Positions 63,826 through 64,000 of a stretch of 64,000 nucleotides of DNA are shown in pieces. The notes under the pieces were generated by a model that was given only the letters and a program-made list of their open reading frames with translations, made no database searches and was not told where the DNA came from. The position numbers were made by a program, and so were the translations under genes. The stretch is from Pristiophorus japonicus. Taxonomy: Eukaryota. The stretch lies in assembly GCF_044704955.1 (NCBI RefSeq), contig NC_091984.1, forward strand, positions 218,488,001 to 218,552,000. The letters run 5' to 3'. Each line of letters begins with the position of its first letter. The stretch's first letter is position 1.

Positions 63826-64000
63826 GGTGGGTCATCAGGGAAAGGAACAGCTTTAAGGAATGGCTCAGATGCGGATCTGGTCGTCTTCCTCAGTTGTTTC
63901 AAGAGTTTCCAGGAGCAGAGAGACACCAGGCAGGAAATTCTTGAGGAAATTCGCCAAATACTGGAAACGTGCTCACAAAGCCTTGCGTTTCAGATCAGTG
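63826..64000 (+). CDS. OAS: OAS/OASL-like copy 3, exon 2 (runs off the window)
   Basis: ctcag|GGSSGKGTALRNGSDADLVVFLSCFKSFQEQRDTRQEILEEIRQILETCSQSLAFQIS. Confidence 0.93.

Overview
Vertebrate genomic DNA, very repeat-rich. The repeat complement (CR1 LINEs with (TTCTTATG)n/(TTTCTATG)n tails, Deu-type tRNA SINEs, Ty3/Gypsy LTR elements, an epsilon-like ERV, Harbinger DNA transposons) suggests a cartilaginous fish; this is inference. The window holds a tandemly duplicated interferon-stimulated gene cluster. It has three + strand paralogs of a 2'-5'-oligoadenylate synthetase (OAS/OASL-type) gene: copy 1 has only exons 1-2, copy 2 is a complete 6-exon gene of about 351 aa, and copy 3 runs off the window end. 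One - strand ISG15-like di-ubiquitin gene ending LRLRGG lies between copies 2 and 3. All of these genes have ISRE-like promoter motifs. Three observations stand out. (1) The last exon of OAS copy 2 hides an out-of-frame, eroded ubiquitin-like domain, so it looks like an OASL that lost its UBL tail, next to a free ISG15-like gene. (2) A young, internally deleted ERV inside the OAS cluster keeps an open protease + 2H-phosphoesterase-like (HxT) frame; this fold is used by other viruses to destroy the OAS product 2-5A. (3) The ISG15-like gene and OAS copy 3 are head-to-head, separated almost only by transposon insertions. All coordinates and alignments were read by eye, and no database searches were run.
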